The notes under the pieces are model-generated. The model searched no databases. It was not told where the DNA came from and was given only the letters and a program-made list of their open reading frames with translations. The translations under genes and the position numbers were made by a program. 64,000 nt of DNA, taken from Plasmodiophora brassicae. Taxonomy: Eukaryota. The stretch covers positions 372,001-436,000 of the forward strand of contig CP145413.1 in the NCBI GenBank assembly GCA_036867785.1, written 5' to 3'. Shown here in pieces: positions 13,384-29,996 of this stretch; positions within the stretch are counted from its first letter, which is position 1, and each line of letters begins with the position of its first letter.

Positions 13384-13698
13384 CCTGTCGGTGCAAAAAG
13401 GAAAGGTATCGTCAGAATGCGATTTTGACCTATGTATATCATTCGAAAGCTCTCGAGATGGCGAAGCTGATGGTCTGATGGTCCCACTTATTTCATTACC
13501 TTGAACCTACATAGAACGTGCAATTCTTTCTCGGGAACCCTTGTCGGAGTCACTAAAAAAAGAGCCCGCGGAGTGTGTGATGAGACGTGCGTGCGGCGCT
13601 GCACCACTTGATGGCGCAAGCAGTTGACGCGCAGACGGAGCCCGCAGTGGCCGGGCTCCCGGCAACCATTGAATGCCTTTCCTTCTTGCACCGACAGG
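13384..13698. mobile_element. Putative non-autonomous TIR element (MITE-like), 315 bp
   Basis: 26-bp inverted repeats at 13384-13409 (cctgtcggtgcaaaaaggaaaggtat) and 13673-13698 (reverse complement cctgtcggtgcaagaaggaaaggcat), 24/26 identical. No clear TSD. Confidence 0.5.
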
Positions 13699-14057
13699 GT
13701 GCGTTACGTCCGAATTTATACGTAAATCGGCCTGGCACGGGATGGCGCGCGGGATATCTACGGGATACCTAGTAAATTCGGTTTATCCTGGCACTGGATG
13801 CTGTGACCAGCCCGTCGTTATGTGTAACAGCGCTCGCTGCCTGAGCGCAGCTGAATGGGCAGCGCGACCTTGTGGTTCCCAAATACGATTTTTCTGGGTG
13901 TTTGGATGGGCTCCATTGTAACGCGATGGGGGGCACTGCCACAGTGGCTGGGGCCATCGTCCAGACGGGGACCGGGCTGGGACAGGCTGGGGGGCTCACA
14001 ACAAAGCATTCGCAGGTGTATCAGACTAACGAGAGGGTGTTGTGCCCATCAGCAACG

Positions 14058-14470
14058 ATGAATGGGATGCGTGCTGCCCCAGAACCATTGTCGATGATTT
14101 CATGGGCTGAGGACGGCAAGACGGTCCTGAATCCCAACGCGCCGTTGCCACCATCGCGGTCCAAACATCCCAAAGCGTTCAGGGCGGCGCGTAGCAAGTT
14201 CAACGATGTCCTAGAGGCCGAACGTCGCGAAGGTGTGTGCAACCTGCATGGTACTGTGGGCATTGGTCCTGACTTCGCGATGCAGGCAGGCCAGCACCGT
14301 TGAAGGACGTCCGCGCCGAGGCTGGCAGCGACCTCTTTGGGCGGTTTTTCGCATGGGTCCGGAAGACCGTCAAGTGCAAGAGTGACACAATCGAGCAGTA
14401 CGTCAGCCAGCTGCACGTCGACCTCGTATACAGGACGCGGCACGTATCGTCCTACTGTACGCGTTTGGGC
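14058..14470 (+). pseudogene. Truncated intron-containing gene fragment, weakly tyrosine-recombinase N-terminal-like
   Basis: MNGMRAAPEPLSMISW...ERREG, a GT-AG intron (~14233-14285), then RPAPLKDVRAEAGSDLFGRFFAWVRKTVKCKSDTIEQYVSQL. The frame then runs into the palindrome. Confidence 0.35.
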
Positions 14471-14582
14471 AATACGTGCCGCGTCCTGTATACGAGGTCG
14501 ACGTGCAGCTGGCTGACATATTGATCAGGACCATCTTGCCGTCCTCAGCCCATGAAATCATCGGCAATGGTTCTGGGGCAGC
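14073..14582. repeat. Nested inverted repeat (fold-back): outer arms 14073-14130 and 14525-14582; inner perfect 46-bp stem 14402-14447 and 14472-14517 with a 24-nt loop
   Basis: Direct base-by-base complementarity: outer arms 56/58, inner arms 46/46. Confidence 0.93.
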
Positions 14583-15430
14583 GGGCTTTCCATTTGCTGG
14601 CTTGCGGGGCACGACACCACGTAGTCACTTCAGTGTAGATTATACCACAGTAGGTAGGGCCGTTGTCTGAACACTGGTCTGACCGCACTTCGAAAGAGCG
14701 ACAAGCTTGGTCGCCCAAGCGTAAACAAGCACGGGACCTATCTGGAAAAGCATAGCCATCGGGGGACGTCATTGCGGAAACGAGACAATACGAGTAGACT
14801 TGAGGTGGACCGCCCAGATGCAATCCAGTAGGTTAGACACGCCAGGACGACATCCAGCGCGCGAGACGGCGGCCCTGAGTATCCCAATCACAATGAAGAG
14901 GTTAAGCACTCAGATGAGTGCTCTACGTTCAGCCTTTTATCATCTCTTCCCCTTGTACAGCTACCGGCTAGACCATCTCAACCAGAGAATCTCCCGAGAG
15001 GCATAAATGGCTTGAAAACTATGGACACGACAGTGTTATTCGTCAGCAATGAGCACAGGGGCAGCTGCACGACGCAGATTGCCAACGGTGAGGATCGACT
15101 ACTGATAATGCTGAATAGTCCAGATTGAATCGGAAGTCTAGTCTGGCAGACGAGCTTTACCAGGGAGACGGACGATCGAAGGAGGTGACGTTAGCTGCGC
15201 GAGATTCGCAACCGCCACAACAGCACCCTTCTGCCCTGGAGGTTTAACAACACCGACCCGGCTGGGACAGGATGTCATCTACAGGAACAATGAGGACGCA
15301 AGCTGCGCCGGCGGTATTGTCCTGTTAGGTACGGAACTGGGTGGATGCAGCATCAATGCCTGGGGTCGTTTGGGCATGCGTTTGCGGCGAAATACACGTA
15401 GAATGCGCCCATGGTGTTGCCGCACCGGCA

Positions 15431-18400
15431 ATGTCCGATACGACTACCTATGGCCGAGAACGCCGCACGGAACATGAACGTAGCCGCGCGGAATCATATC
15501 CCGTGCTAGCTGCTACCCACGCTTGCGAGCTACACGTCCACTGGTTCATTGCCGCTGCCCACTCCAGTACGCAGTGCTGCCTACCAAAGTAGGTCAAGGA
15601 ATGTTGGCGCAGTAGCAGACAACAAGTAGGCACCTACCTACGTAGACCCGACGTTAATACTCATCACATTTTGCGAGGTCCGTCGTGTTCTCATTTCTTT
15701 GTGACAGTCGTCAGAGGGTGGCGGCACGGGTCGCCCAATCAGTCAACGCCATCGGTCGTGTCAGTCGACCTGAACTCGATCCGCCACGGTGGCAGACGAC
15801 GTCCAGATACAGGTAGCCTTGAAGCTCCTGTGGTCGTTGACTGTTGTCAACACCAAGCTCGGTCCCGATCAGCATCAGACTCCACCTGCTGATCGGCTCA
15901 ATCGTGCTGCTGACGTATGCTTACGAACTTCCAGAACGATCGATACCAGACAGAATGTTAACACGCGCGCCTGTAGATCCTAACGAACTATGTTGGCATC
16001 GAAACTTTGCGGCACAACTATGCAGCTATTGTTTCGTGCCTGGAGAGAGGCGTCGAGCTTAGGTTCCCACCACTTGTATCTAGTTGCCTGGTTGATCTGA
16101 TATTTTCGTAGAGGGGACCCTCTCAGTTTGACAATGGCACGGCTCCTTGGCTCAACGTGCGCTCGCGTTGTCGGAGGAGATATCTCGCTTAGGACCAATG
16201 TGGAGATGCGTCTGCTGCGCTACCTCCAGACGAAACCTGTCGCGGCGCGCGATGGCAGTGACTCTGATCACAAACATCTGTTCGCATTGACTGCACTGCA
16301 CGAAATCGTTAATGGTGTAGCGCTGAACACAATCGATGGTCGTGATCAGCTTATCGTGGATGGCATTGTCAACTTCCTGTCTACTGCGAACAACGTCAAC
16401 GTTCGGGCTGTTTGCATATCTCTCATCACGGCTCTGTTCCGAATGCGGGCATGTCACGTCGAAGTACACTTCTCCTTGGTTGCAGAGCTCGTATTAAGCT
16501 GGTTCATTGAATGTGATGGTGTCGAAAGGATCTATGCTGCAGTTATGGGTCAGTCACGAGTTCGCTATTCATGCACCCACTTACAACTCGCGACAGAGTT
16601 CGTTAATAACACTCAACGTCAATGGGAACTGCACGCTGATGTGTCTTTGAAGTCGATTGCTTATGTTTTATCTCGTCTTACGCCTCAAGACTCGGGCATA
16701 ATCTCCAAGTAAGATGCCGTCGGACATAGCGACTTTGACTGATCACGTTTCAGGACGGCACTTATAATGCTTAATGCTGCCAGCGGTGTCAGTCTCTTCA
16801 GGAGCAACGATGCTGATTCTATGTGGAAGTCCATAACAATTGCAACTGATGTTGCAATCAAGTCACTGGAGATCCGAGGCTCAGTCCAGTCATCTCGTAC
16901 AACATCCCACCACAGGTCATGCCCATTTTCGTCCGATCTCATAATGTGTGTTTAGTGGCCGAATTTCTTCGACTGGTGATCCAAAAAGCTCCCGACGGTG
17001 ATCTGCCGAGGATGACTTCCCTGATCCTTCCGCGCTACGTAGAGTTGTTGAAGAATACTGTACCTATTAATTCGACAGCAAGTTCCAAAACTGTGTTCTC
17101 TGCTATCACGATGTGCAATCATATCATCTCGGTTGGGAACTGCTTCTATGTTTGTTACCAAGGCTTTACTGAGGATGGGCTCTTTAGCGGTGCCATGCCA
17201 GTCAATGTTTACGCGCCGAGTACGCACAGGAGCTGCTAGATGTCGACCTTGGACCTTTCACTCCGTCTGAGACAGGCAAGTGCTTCGATTTTTCGATAGT
17301 GTAAAAGTTAAAAGTTAACTTGTATTTGTACAGTCAATGCTTTTCTCCAACTTACCCAGCTGGCTATCAAATCTCTTCCAGCTGGTCTCGCAAGCGCTCT
17401 CATCCGGGGCCTTATTACTCGCATTGTCATGGACATCGATGATTTGGAACCTGACGTACGTCGAGATACGATTGTTTGCTTTTGTAGTCCCCAACATTGG
17501 TCGATTCAGGTTGCAATGAGGAGTGCACGCATTGTTTTCTTCTTACGGTTGCTGTCTATGTTTCCTGACGCGACTGTACTTCTGGCTGCGGAATGTCTGA
17601 AGCTTCGACGTATTCGCCTGCTGAATAGCTGCTATCCCGTCGTTCGTGCTCTATTGGTTTATTGTATTTGCCCGACATCGGATCGGATGGAGGCAGGATT
17701 ACCTGTTTCCACCCATCTCCGTCTTCTCTCCAATGTGCTTCGAAATTCGACTTTTGCAGCGCTTCTGTTTCCAGAGGTGATTTCCCGGTGGTTAATCGCC
17801 CTTGATAAGCTTGTTCTGGGTGATTGCTTCGATATATCAGATTGGCAGCTTGGAATCCAAATTTCTCGTCACATCTCTGGCCTTGCCGTGCACCGGTGCT
17901 CTGATATTCGTCTGACGATTGTAAACTGCCTTGTGAGGACCACGAGTAGGTTGTTTTCTTGGTTACGTCTCTCCACTCTGGTTCGGGGAGTGTCCGACGA
18001 TCATGAAACCGTTCGGGAAGCCAGTTTAAAGGTAGCAATGCGCGACGAATGTATTTCAGCAGCTAAGAACGCTCGCTGTAGGGTCTTCGTCAGGCAAACT
18101 TGTTCACAATGCTTTATGACCATAGTATCGACGCATTCTGGCCCTCCACTGCCTTATCACGCTCGTTACACTCTCTTTCAACATCGGTCTTCTCACGAGA
18201 ACAATACCTTTCCGAGTTGGAGCAGCTCGAAGATCCTGGCATTTCCGCGAATGCTCATGATGGTTCTTCAGCCGTGGCGATGGACCTTGTGGCGACACTC
18301 ATTCACGACAAACTGAAAACCAATGGTACGGCTCTCCATCTAGTGGGAATCGCAGATCATTGACATTTTGGAATAGGACCCGCGATGACTACTTTGGAGG

Positions 18401-21400
18401 AGATCTACATTCGCATGTCCCGATCGTCCCAGAACGCTGCCAAAGCTCAAGCGTATGCCACCCTTTTATTTTCAGCAGAGAGAATGTTCAAAATCATGGC
18501 TTCGTTATGCTTTTGCATCCCGCCGCCAATGCCGCAAAGCGCTCAGTCAGTCTTCTTGGTTGTTTAGCGTGAATGAAGACTAAGCTATTACAGGTTTTTT
18601 CAATCAAATCATCGAGTGTGTGATGAGTTCTTCAAGCGAATTCTCTCGCCAGTCGCCAAATCTGTGTTTCGGGTGCCCTGTGCTGCGCTTCGTTTCGAGT
18701 CGCTTATACCATTGTTCTCATCCGGCGGCGCCACTTTGCCCACCTTTGACGAGTGCATCGAAATGGCCGTCATAATGCAAGAATCGTATCATGCAAGAGA
18801 AGACGTCACTGGCCTTACAAATTGGTTAGCCGTGAGTTTGAATGGCTGGAACATTTCTGAATCTTTGGTCGCAGGATGATGAGCAAATATGGAGGTTCTT
18901 GCGGTGCCTTGCGAACTGTTCGTGCGATTCAGTCACAATGTGGAAACCGCTTGGAAGATGCAAGCCGACTATTCTTGGAGTCGTATGCCCTGAATGGCGC
19001 CAGCGAGTTTCAGCGTGAAATTTCTCTGAACGGGTTCGCCGACTGCTTCTCTTCCTTAGGTTCGTGGTCATGTCCCTTAATCGAAGACGACTGCAATACC
19101 CCGGTTTGTGGTTTCCCCTACTTTATGTTGTCATAACGATACTGAACCGGCAACAGCCTGCGATTTTACATCACACCTTTTTGAAAACTGTCCAACTCTT
19201 GCAAAGCAATGCCCGTCTGGAAGCACACAAGTTCCTGAGTGCTCGATGGCACTACATTCAGGTGCGTCCGCGTGGGTATCTGACTGCTTTAAATGAGACC
19301 TTGCGATTAGAATGCGGCACAGACGTTCAATTCGGTTCCTCGCTTTGTAAAGCGCATGTGCCAATTATGGGCTATCCGTGCCTCGCTTTCGGAGGGCCCG
19401 TTACTGCATGCTGTTCGAAATGAAGCGCGTTCGTTTCTCGATGAGTCGTCTGCTCTTCCAGCTCGGTGCTCATTGCCAGAGCAATCTGTCGATGTTTCGC
19501 TATACTGTAGGGCAATGCCCCCATGCTCGTATGCAAACATTCCGTTCCTTAACCGGGGTTTAGGTCAACTTGTTGAGCGGTATGTCTGTGGCGATGAGGA
19601 GTCAGCCCCCTGGGCAAACTCGATTGGTGACTTTAGCCATGCGCCAATGCCATGGCTCGTGACGTCACAAGTCCTTTCTAAATCTGAAACGACGACAAGT
19701 GCCCTTGCAGAAAGTCTTCTTCGAAATGGGCTGGGTTCGCTCGCTCGGCGCTTGTACGACAGTTCGTCCGTGGCATCAGCTCCGCCCCGGTTACGAACAT
19801 TGTTCTTTGCGGATTCATCGTTTCGCGATCCATACGAGTTTTCGTCATTTGAAGATTTATACGACATCGCCGAGAGTCACCCACATGACTTAGGCGCTAT
19901 GGATCTCCTGGTTTTTCTGAACCATGTCACTTCTTCGCAGCAATCGTCGTCGGCCAAATCCAACACGCCGTTATCAGAAGTGGTTGACCCTTTATTTGGC
20001 AAAATTACCGACGCCGGTGAGGGTGTATCTTCTGCAATTCTACTGCTTCGGTATAACATGCCCGGTAGGAAGTTTCACTAGCGGGTTGAGCCGCTACGCG
20101 CGCTGGTGCGCTGATGAAGGGACTCGTCTGCTGAGTGGTCGGCCGGGTGGATGGTATGCAGCCGGTGTTGACGATGCTGAAACGGCACGACATATCCTTT
20201 CAAGCGATTCATGCGTTTCTTCCGAGGTAATTCCGCTCAAGAAAGAGAGTATATTGCATGCTGAGCGAGCCCCAGCACTGGGAGGCACTTCGTGCAATCG
20301 TCTGTAGCACGCTCCGCAGCGTCCTTGGCGATAACCAAGGCTGTGACGCTGTCGATAAGGCCACTCAAATGGTATCGCAGCTGTGCGATCTGAATGGGTC
20401 ACCCGTTAACATCCCAGACGTAAGTGGCAATTGGCAAAGCCCAGCATCGGTGGACTTCATGTTACACGTTGTCAGATACAAAATGCATTGGCATCTGCGA
20501 TGCAACTGGATATCGATTGGTCATCCATTGATGTCGATGCTGTAAAGGGATTCCTCGACGCAAAACGGTTTCGCGGGTCTCAATTCCTTGATCATGCCGC
20601 TGAGGTCAACCCTGAAACGCCTAAATGTGTTATTGTCGTACTGAACCAATCTTGTAGTTGATCCAGCGAGCACTTTCTGGGCGCTCTTCAGAGTCTGACT
20701 CTATTCTCAGCGTGCACCTGATGAATACCGGCCACATATGCCCGCCAAAGTCATCGACGTTCTCTGGAACGTGGACGTTCGTCGTCCCCCAACTGTTTGC
20801 GCTTCTCTCCAGGCGCGATGTTGACACAGAACAAACTGAGGTTGCCATCTCGTGTCTGCGGTCTGTTTTCGCGTCATCGCCTGAAGCAGTATTCTTCCCT
20901 CTATCGTTTCTGCGTGGCCATCCAAATTTTACCACACTAGCCGCTGCTGCCGAGGTAAGTTGATGTCTTTGTCTTTTTAGTCAACCTAGTGGTTAAACTC
21001 TGTTGTCCTGGGCAGGCGGAACTGCCTGATCTTTCCAGACACGTTTATCAGTTCGTTGAGTGTATCCGCCTCACCGCCGAGCTTTGGGAAGATAAGTGGT
21101 TAGCCCAACTTCCTCTGTTATTGTCGGAGGTACCGACTCGCTGGAAATGGTGGATGGACGAAATCGAGGTCGTCAAGGATGTTCCTAGTTCATCAGTCTA
21201 CAGCAGAGTAATGAGTACAGTCTTCGACATGTTCAGTGTCAGCGCGCTGTGGTGGTTTGCAGTTGAACGGCGCTCTTACGTTGCTACAGGAACTTTTCTC
21301 GTTTGTCAACGTCGTTCCTGTTGGGAAATACCAGCGTAACTTTCAAGAACGCTATTGTACCCGTATCGCGACGATTTCGGCGATGATCAACTTCCCGTTG

Positions 21401-23924
21401 CACAACGATGTTGCTGGTTTTGGTTGGAATTTATGCGCTCTTCGTTATATATGTCATGGACCTAATACTCGAGACGCAACGTAGATCCGAAGACCCTTCT
21501 TTCTTCTATCATCCGGCAGCTGAAATCGCTGAGCTACGAGATGCAGAGTCTACATCATGGTCAGTCGCTTTCTGCGCAGTATTTCGTTCCTTCGCTGATT
21601 GTAGTTATTTAGTTCCCATCGACGATGTCAGCCCCCAACTTCACGCCTCGGCAAGTACTGGGTGCCGATTTCTACTCCCTGGAATGGGCGGGTTCCATCT
21701 CGCGGGTATTGCATGCCCTGACATGGATATTCTGCACACCAAGACGCGGCCTCGGCGAATCTCGTTGCTTGGCGAAGACGGGCAGATTTACCCGTACTTG
21801 ATCAAAAGTCGAGAGGACCTGCATCTAGATCAGCGGGTCTTGCAAGTCATGAACCACGTCAACTTGCGACTCGACCGGTCGAGAAGCTGTTTCCAGCCTG
21901 CCATTCCTACTTACGAAGTGACGCCGCTTTCTCGAGATGTGGGTCTCATCCGGATTGTGGACAACACCGTGTCGTTCTTTCGGATGTATCGGTTTCATTA
22001 CCGAGGGCAGCATTGCCGAGACGCCACCGATGACGAAGCTGAATCAACCAACCTGGATGACGCCGACGCTGCGACGCAGTCCACGTCGGCTGTGGCACGA
22101 TCTAGGCCGTCGTCCTCTCCTTCCAAAACCTTTATCGTTAAGCTTCACCACGCTCTGAAGTCACGTGGACTGTCCACAAAGTTGCCTAGGCGTCAATGGC
22201 CTCCTGCTGTTGTCGAAGCCGTGTTCAGTGAACTGGCTGATGAAACCAACCCGGCGTCGATATCGACAGAGTTGAACCTCACCTCGTCAACTCACTATGA
22301 AGCGTTCATGAAGCGTCGCAGGTTTATATCATCAGTGGCGTTGTCATCCACGCTTGGACACGTTCTTGGAATCGGAGGTATGTGCCTGGAGTCGTTCTTT
22401 GGTGAATGTGCACTCACTGGGTTTGAATGCAAAGATCGACATTTGGGCAATATTCTTTTGAACTCTGCTACCGGCGAAGTTGTTCATATCGACTACGCTG
22501 TTTGTTTTGACAAGGGCATGTCTCTTCAAGTCAAAGAAACGGTTCCGTTTCGCCTTACTGCCAATGTCCGGCACGCTCTCGGCCCGTTTGCCCTTCTTGG
22601 TGGATCTTTCGTGAAGACGATGTGCACCGCCATGGACCTGTTGCGTCAGCAACGGGCTCACGTCATGGAAATCTTGAATGCGCTTATCCATCAGCCCCTC
22701 TTGCAGTGGGATACGCATCAGAATGACCTTCAAAGCAAGGTATGTGCCCCAGTCTAGTGTTCACGCCGCAACCGCTGAGTTTGCTATCTACAGCAAAGAA
22801 ATCTCGACCGGGACCTCGTATTCTCGCTTGTTGTGGACAGGCTTCGACGCCAGCGTGGCGTACCGGAAACATTGCATGGTTGGATTGTACAAGGGAAGGG
22901 CTCGTCAGGTCCATCGTTCAACGACATTGTCGCTTCCCACAATGCCTTGGGATCTGCTCGCGCTGAGGTCATTAGGTTCGATGAGCGTCGTCGTGAGCTC
23001 TCTACCAGAGTTGCATCAGTGGAGCAACTCATTGTTCAGCTGCCCGAGATTCTCGAACGCGTCCAAGAGTAATCTGCAACACCGTGAGACTGCTTACTGT
23101 ACAACAATGCTAACCTTTTCGGGGTAGGACCGAAAGGCTGCTTGTTAGCAAAGGGAGCGACGAACAGCTTCGCAAAGCGCTAGTTGGTCTGCAAACACAA
23201 CAGGTACTCTTTATGCGCATTTCCAGTCTGCGTGTTTGACATTCATCACGGTACTCTTCTAGGCACACGCGCAGCGTGAAATTGCCCTCCTTTCTTCTGT
23301 TCAGGAAGAGCAGCGTAGGGTCGAGGAACGTGTTGCGCAACTGAGGGCTCGTGCGGAGAAGCATCGTGCGGATTTGCTGGTTAGGTCGTTGCCCACTTAC
23401 TGCGACCTGTGGGATGGATAACAGCGTCTGCTCAGTTGCCGTCGTCGACACAATCTGCTTGGCTGGATGCGTTCACCGAACTGTGGCGATCGATTCGGCC
23501 TCTTCTGCTGCGCCTGATGAGAGGAACCGACAAGTTTGCTCTTGCTGCAGTAACATTGAAAACGCACTGGGAATCCGTGCAAAGGGATTTTGAAATACTT
23601 CGGAACCCCGATTCTGAAAGGTTGGCTGACTGATCACTGAAGCTTCTTGCGACTAACGTCCTCGCTAGCATTGGGGGACTGGACCCTTCTCAACACGTGA
23701 AAGATCTCTTCGCAACCCTAAAGCATTTCCTTAAAGTGGACACCGCACCAGACGACCTGTCGACGCCGACGCAATCTGCTCCAGCGGCTGCCGCCCTTGA
23801 AACTGTTGTCAGGAAGCTTCAAGATCCGAGGCCGACGTCAGACATCGTGAACAGCTTGATAGAGCTCGCGCAAGATCCCAAGTTGCTGGCCCATATGTTT
23901 GAAGGTTGGGCTGCTTGGTTCTGA
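15431..23924 (+). CDS. SMG1: SMG1-like PIKK Ser/Thr kinase (NMD kinase), many exons; 5' end uncertain (15.4-16.1 kb)
   Basis: HTKTRPRRISLLGEDGQIYPYLIKSREDLHLDQR, LGIG|DRHLGNILL, HIDYAVCFDKG, ETVPFRLT, a long insertion after the kinase domain, and C-terminal FATC DPKLLAHMFEGWAAWF*. HIDY..CF.KG and EGW.AW are SMG1-type. Confidence 0.85.
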
Positions 23925-24046
23925 TACATTATTGCTGTTGCCATTTCTGTTTACAGCGAGGGATGCTCAAATAAGTATGTAGCGCTGTACACATAGAAAT
24001 TGGTTGCCTCGGATGGATAACAGGATGGTGTCGGTCGCGACCTGGA

Positions 24047-28567
<4,521 letters not shown>

Positions 28568-29537
28568 CACTAGCGCGCGCGCACGCACACGGGCCGCCCG
28601 ATCACAACCGGGCGGCGGCCTGGCTATCCAGCACGGTCGGCAGCGACGTCTTCGTGGACGCTTCCAAAGACGGACAAGGGTCTACCGCGGAGATGTCAGA
28701 AATAGAACAGGGTTGGCCACGGTGTCGCGACTCTCGGAAGCCCAGGCTCCACAAGCCCCGCGGCCTTTGGTACCGCGACACAGTCCCCCGACCCGACTCT
28801 GCAGGCCCTGTCTGTCTCGCCGCAGCCGCATTCGAGAACAATCCATATGGCCCCTCCGGAGACTGTGGCCCCCCAGACAGACAGAACAGTCGCCCCCCCA
28901 TTGCAGGTCATGTTTGCAGATGGCGTCCAATGCGCAAGCGGGCACTTCATTGTGCTGGGATTGCGCTCAGGATGGCGATGTCAGGCGGTTGACGAATGAC
29001 AGGCGAAGAGCGGCACGCAGGGATAACACGTCGCTGTGTTCGAGCACGGCGGACGGTTCCGCCAATCAGGACGTTAATGCCTAATTCGGCGCACGCGTTT
29101 GCGACGGTTTGCAAAAGGTACAGGTCACCAAACGCTTGTCTCTTGTTGAGCGCTGCGATGACCACTTATGATCCCCTGCTAGCAGATTCGCTATCTTGCC
29201 GCGCGTGCACCCATTAGACAGTTTCCGGATCATCAGCGCGACGAGCGATTTGATCCAACCACTGACCGAGCGCTTCAGCCTAGGCTGGGAGATCACCGTT
29301 TGAACATTCGACAAGGGTCGGAATAAAGACAGAATATTTTCCTAAGAACGTCACAACGTAAAAGTGACTTAGTCTAAACACCGGCGTAACCAACAGGCGT
29401 ACTGCAACGTGGCCGTTGTTCGCCGCTTCTGCACCAAGTATATCAACGTTCCTAGAAAGGTGCAATGGCCAACTGCGAGTGTCAGCGTTGAGAGGGGCCC
29501 TGGTCACGTACACACGTTTTATACGCAATGGCCTAAA

Positions 29538-29870
29538 CTAAAAGTAGGCGTCGAGGGTAGTGAAGAGGACTCCAAGGACAGCGAAAATGCTGATTGTTTG
29601 AGACTTGGCCCCGCCGCTTCCACTGTCTCCCCCGTAGCCGCTGATGATGCTGCTGCCGTCCGAGCAGGCGTAGACGGTTTGGTCGTTCTGGTACTCGCAG
29701 ATCGTATTCATAGGGCAGTACCCATCGACCCATGGCGAGCAGCACACCGTTGAGTTCGGGATACAGCGAGCACCGCATGGAACCTGGGCGTACGTGGTGC
29801 ACGATGCATTACTGCTTGACACAATGACAAGCCCGGTGATCACGAGAGCGGCAGCCGTGGACCGCAACAT
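29538..29870 (-). CDS. Small secreted 8-Cys protein (110 aa), probable GPI anchor
   Basis: Signal-like MLRSTAAALVITGLVIVSSSNA, C-x7-CGARCIP-x4-CC-x7-C-x5-C-x10-C, G/S linker, hydrophobic tail ISIFAVLGVLFTTLDAYF. Confidence 0.8.
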   Translation of the reverse strand: MLRSTAAALVITGLVIVSSSNASCTTYAQVPCGARCIPNSTVCCSPWVDGYCPMNTICEYQNDQTVYACSDGSSIISGYGGDSGSGGAKSQTISIFAVLGVLFTTLDAYF

Positions 29871-29996
29871 ACGCCTTGCAATTTCCCACACGCCTCCCGC
29901 GGTACTCGATGATCTTATTCGCATCACTAGGGCAAGGTACCTAAACCGCTGAACTGTAGTACACTTACGCGATCGCACGGGCGGGATCGTAGCTGA

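Noticed and set aside
28775..28800. CAGTCCCCCGACC resembling RNase MRP CR-I
   Set aside because: Lacks the GAAAG lead-in and a matching downstream CR-V element.
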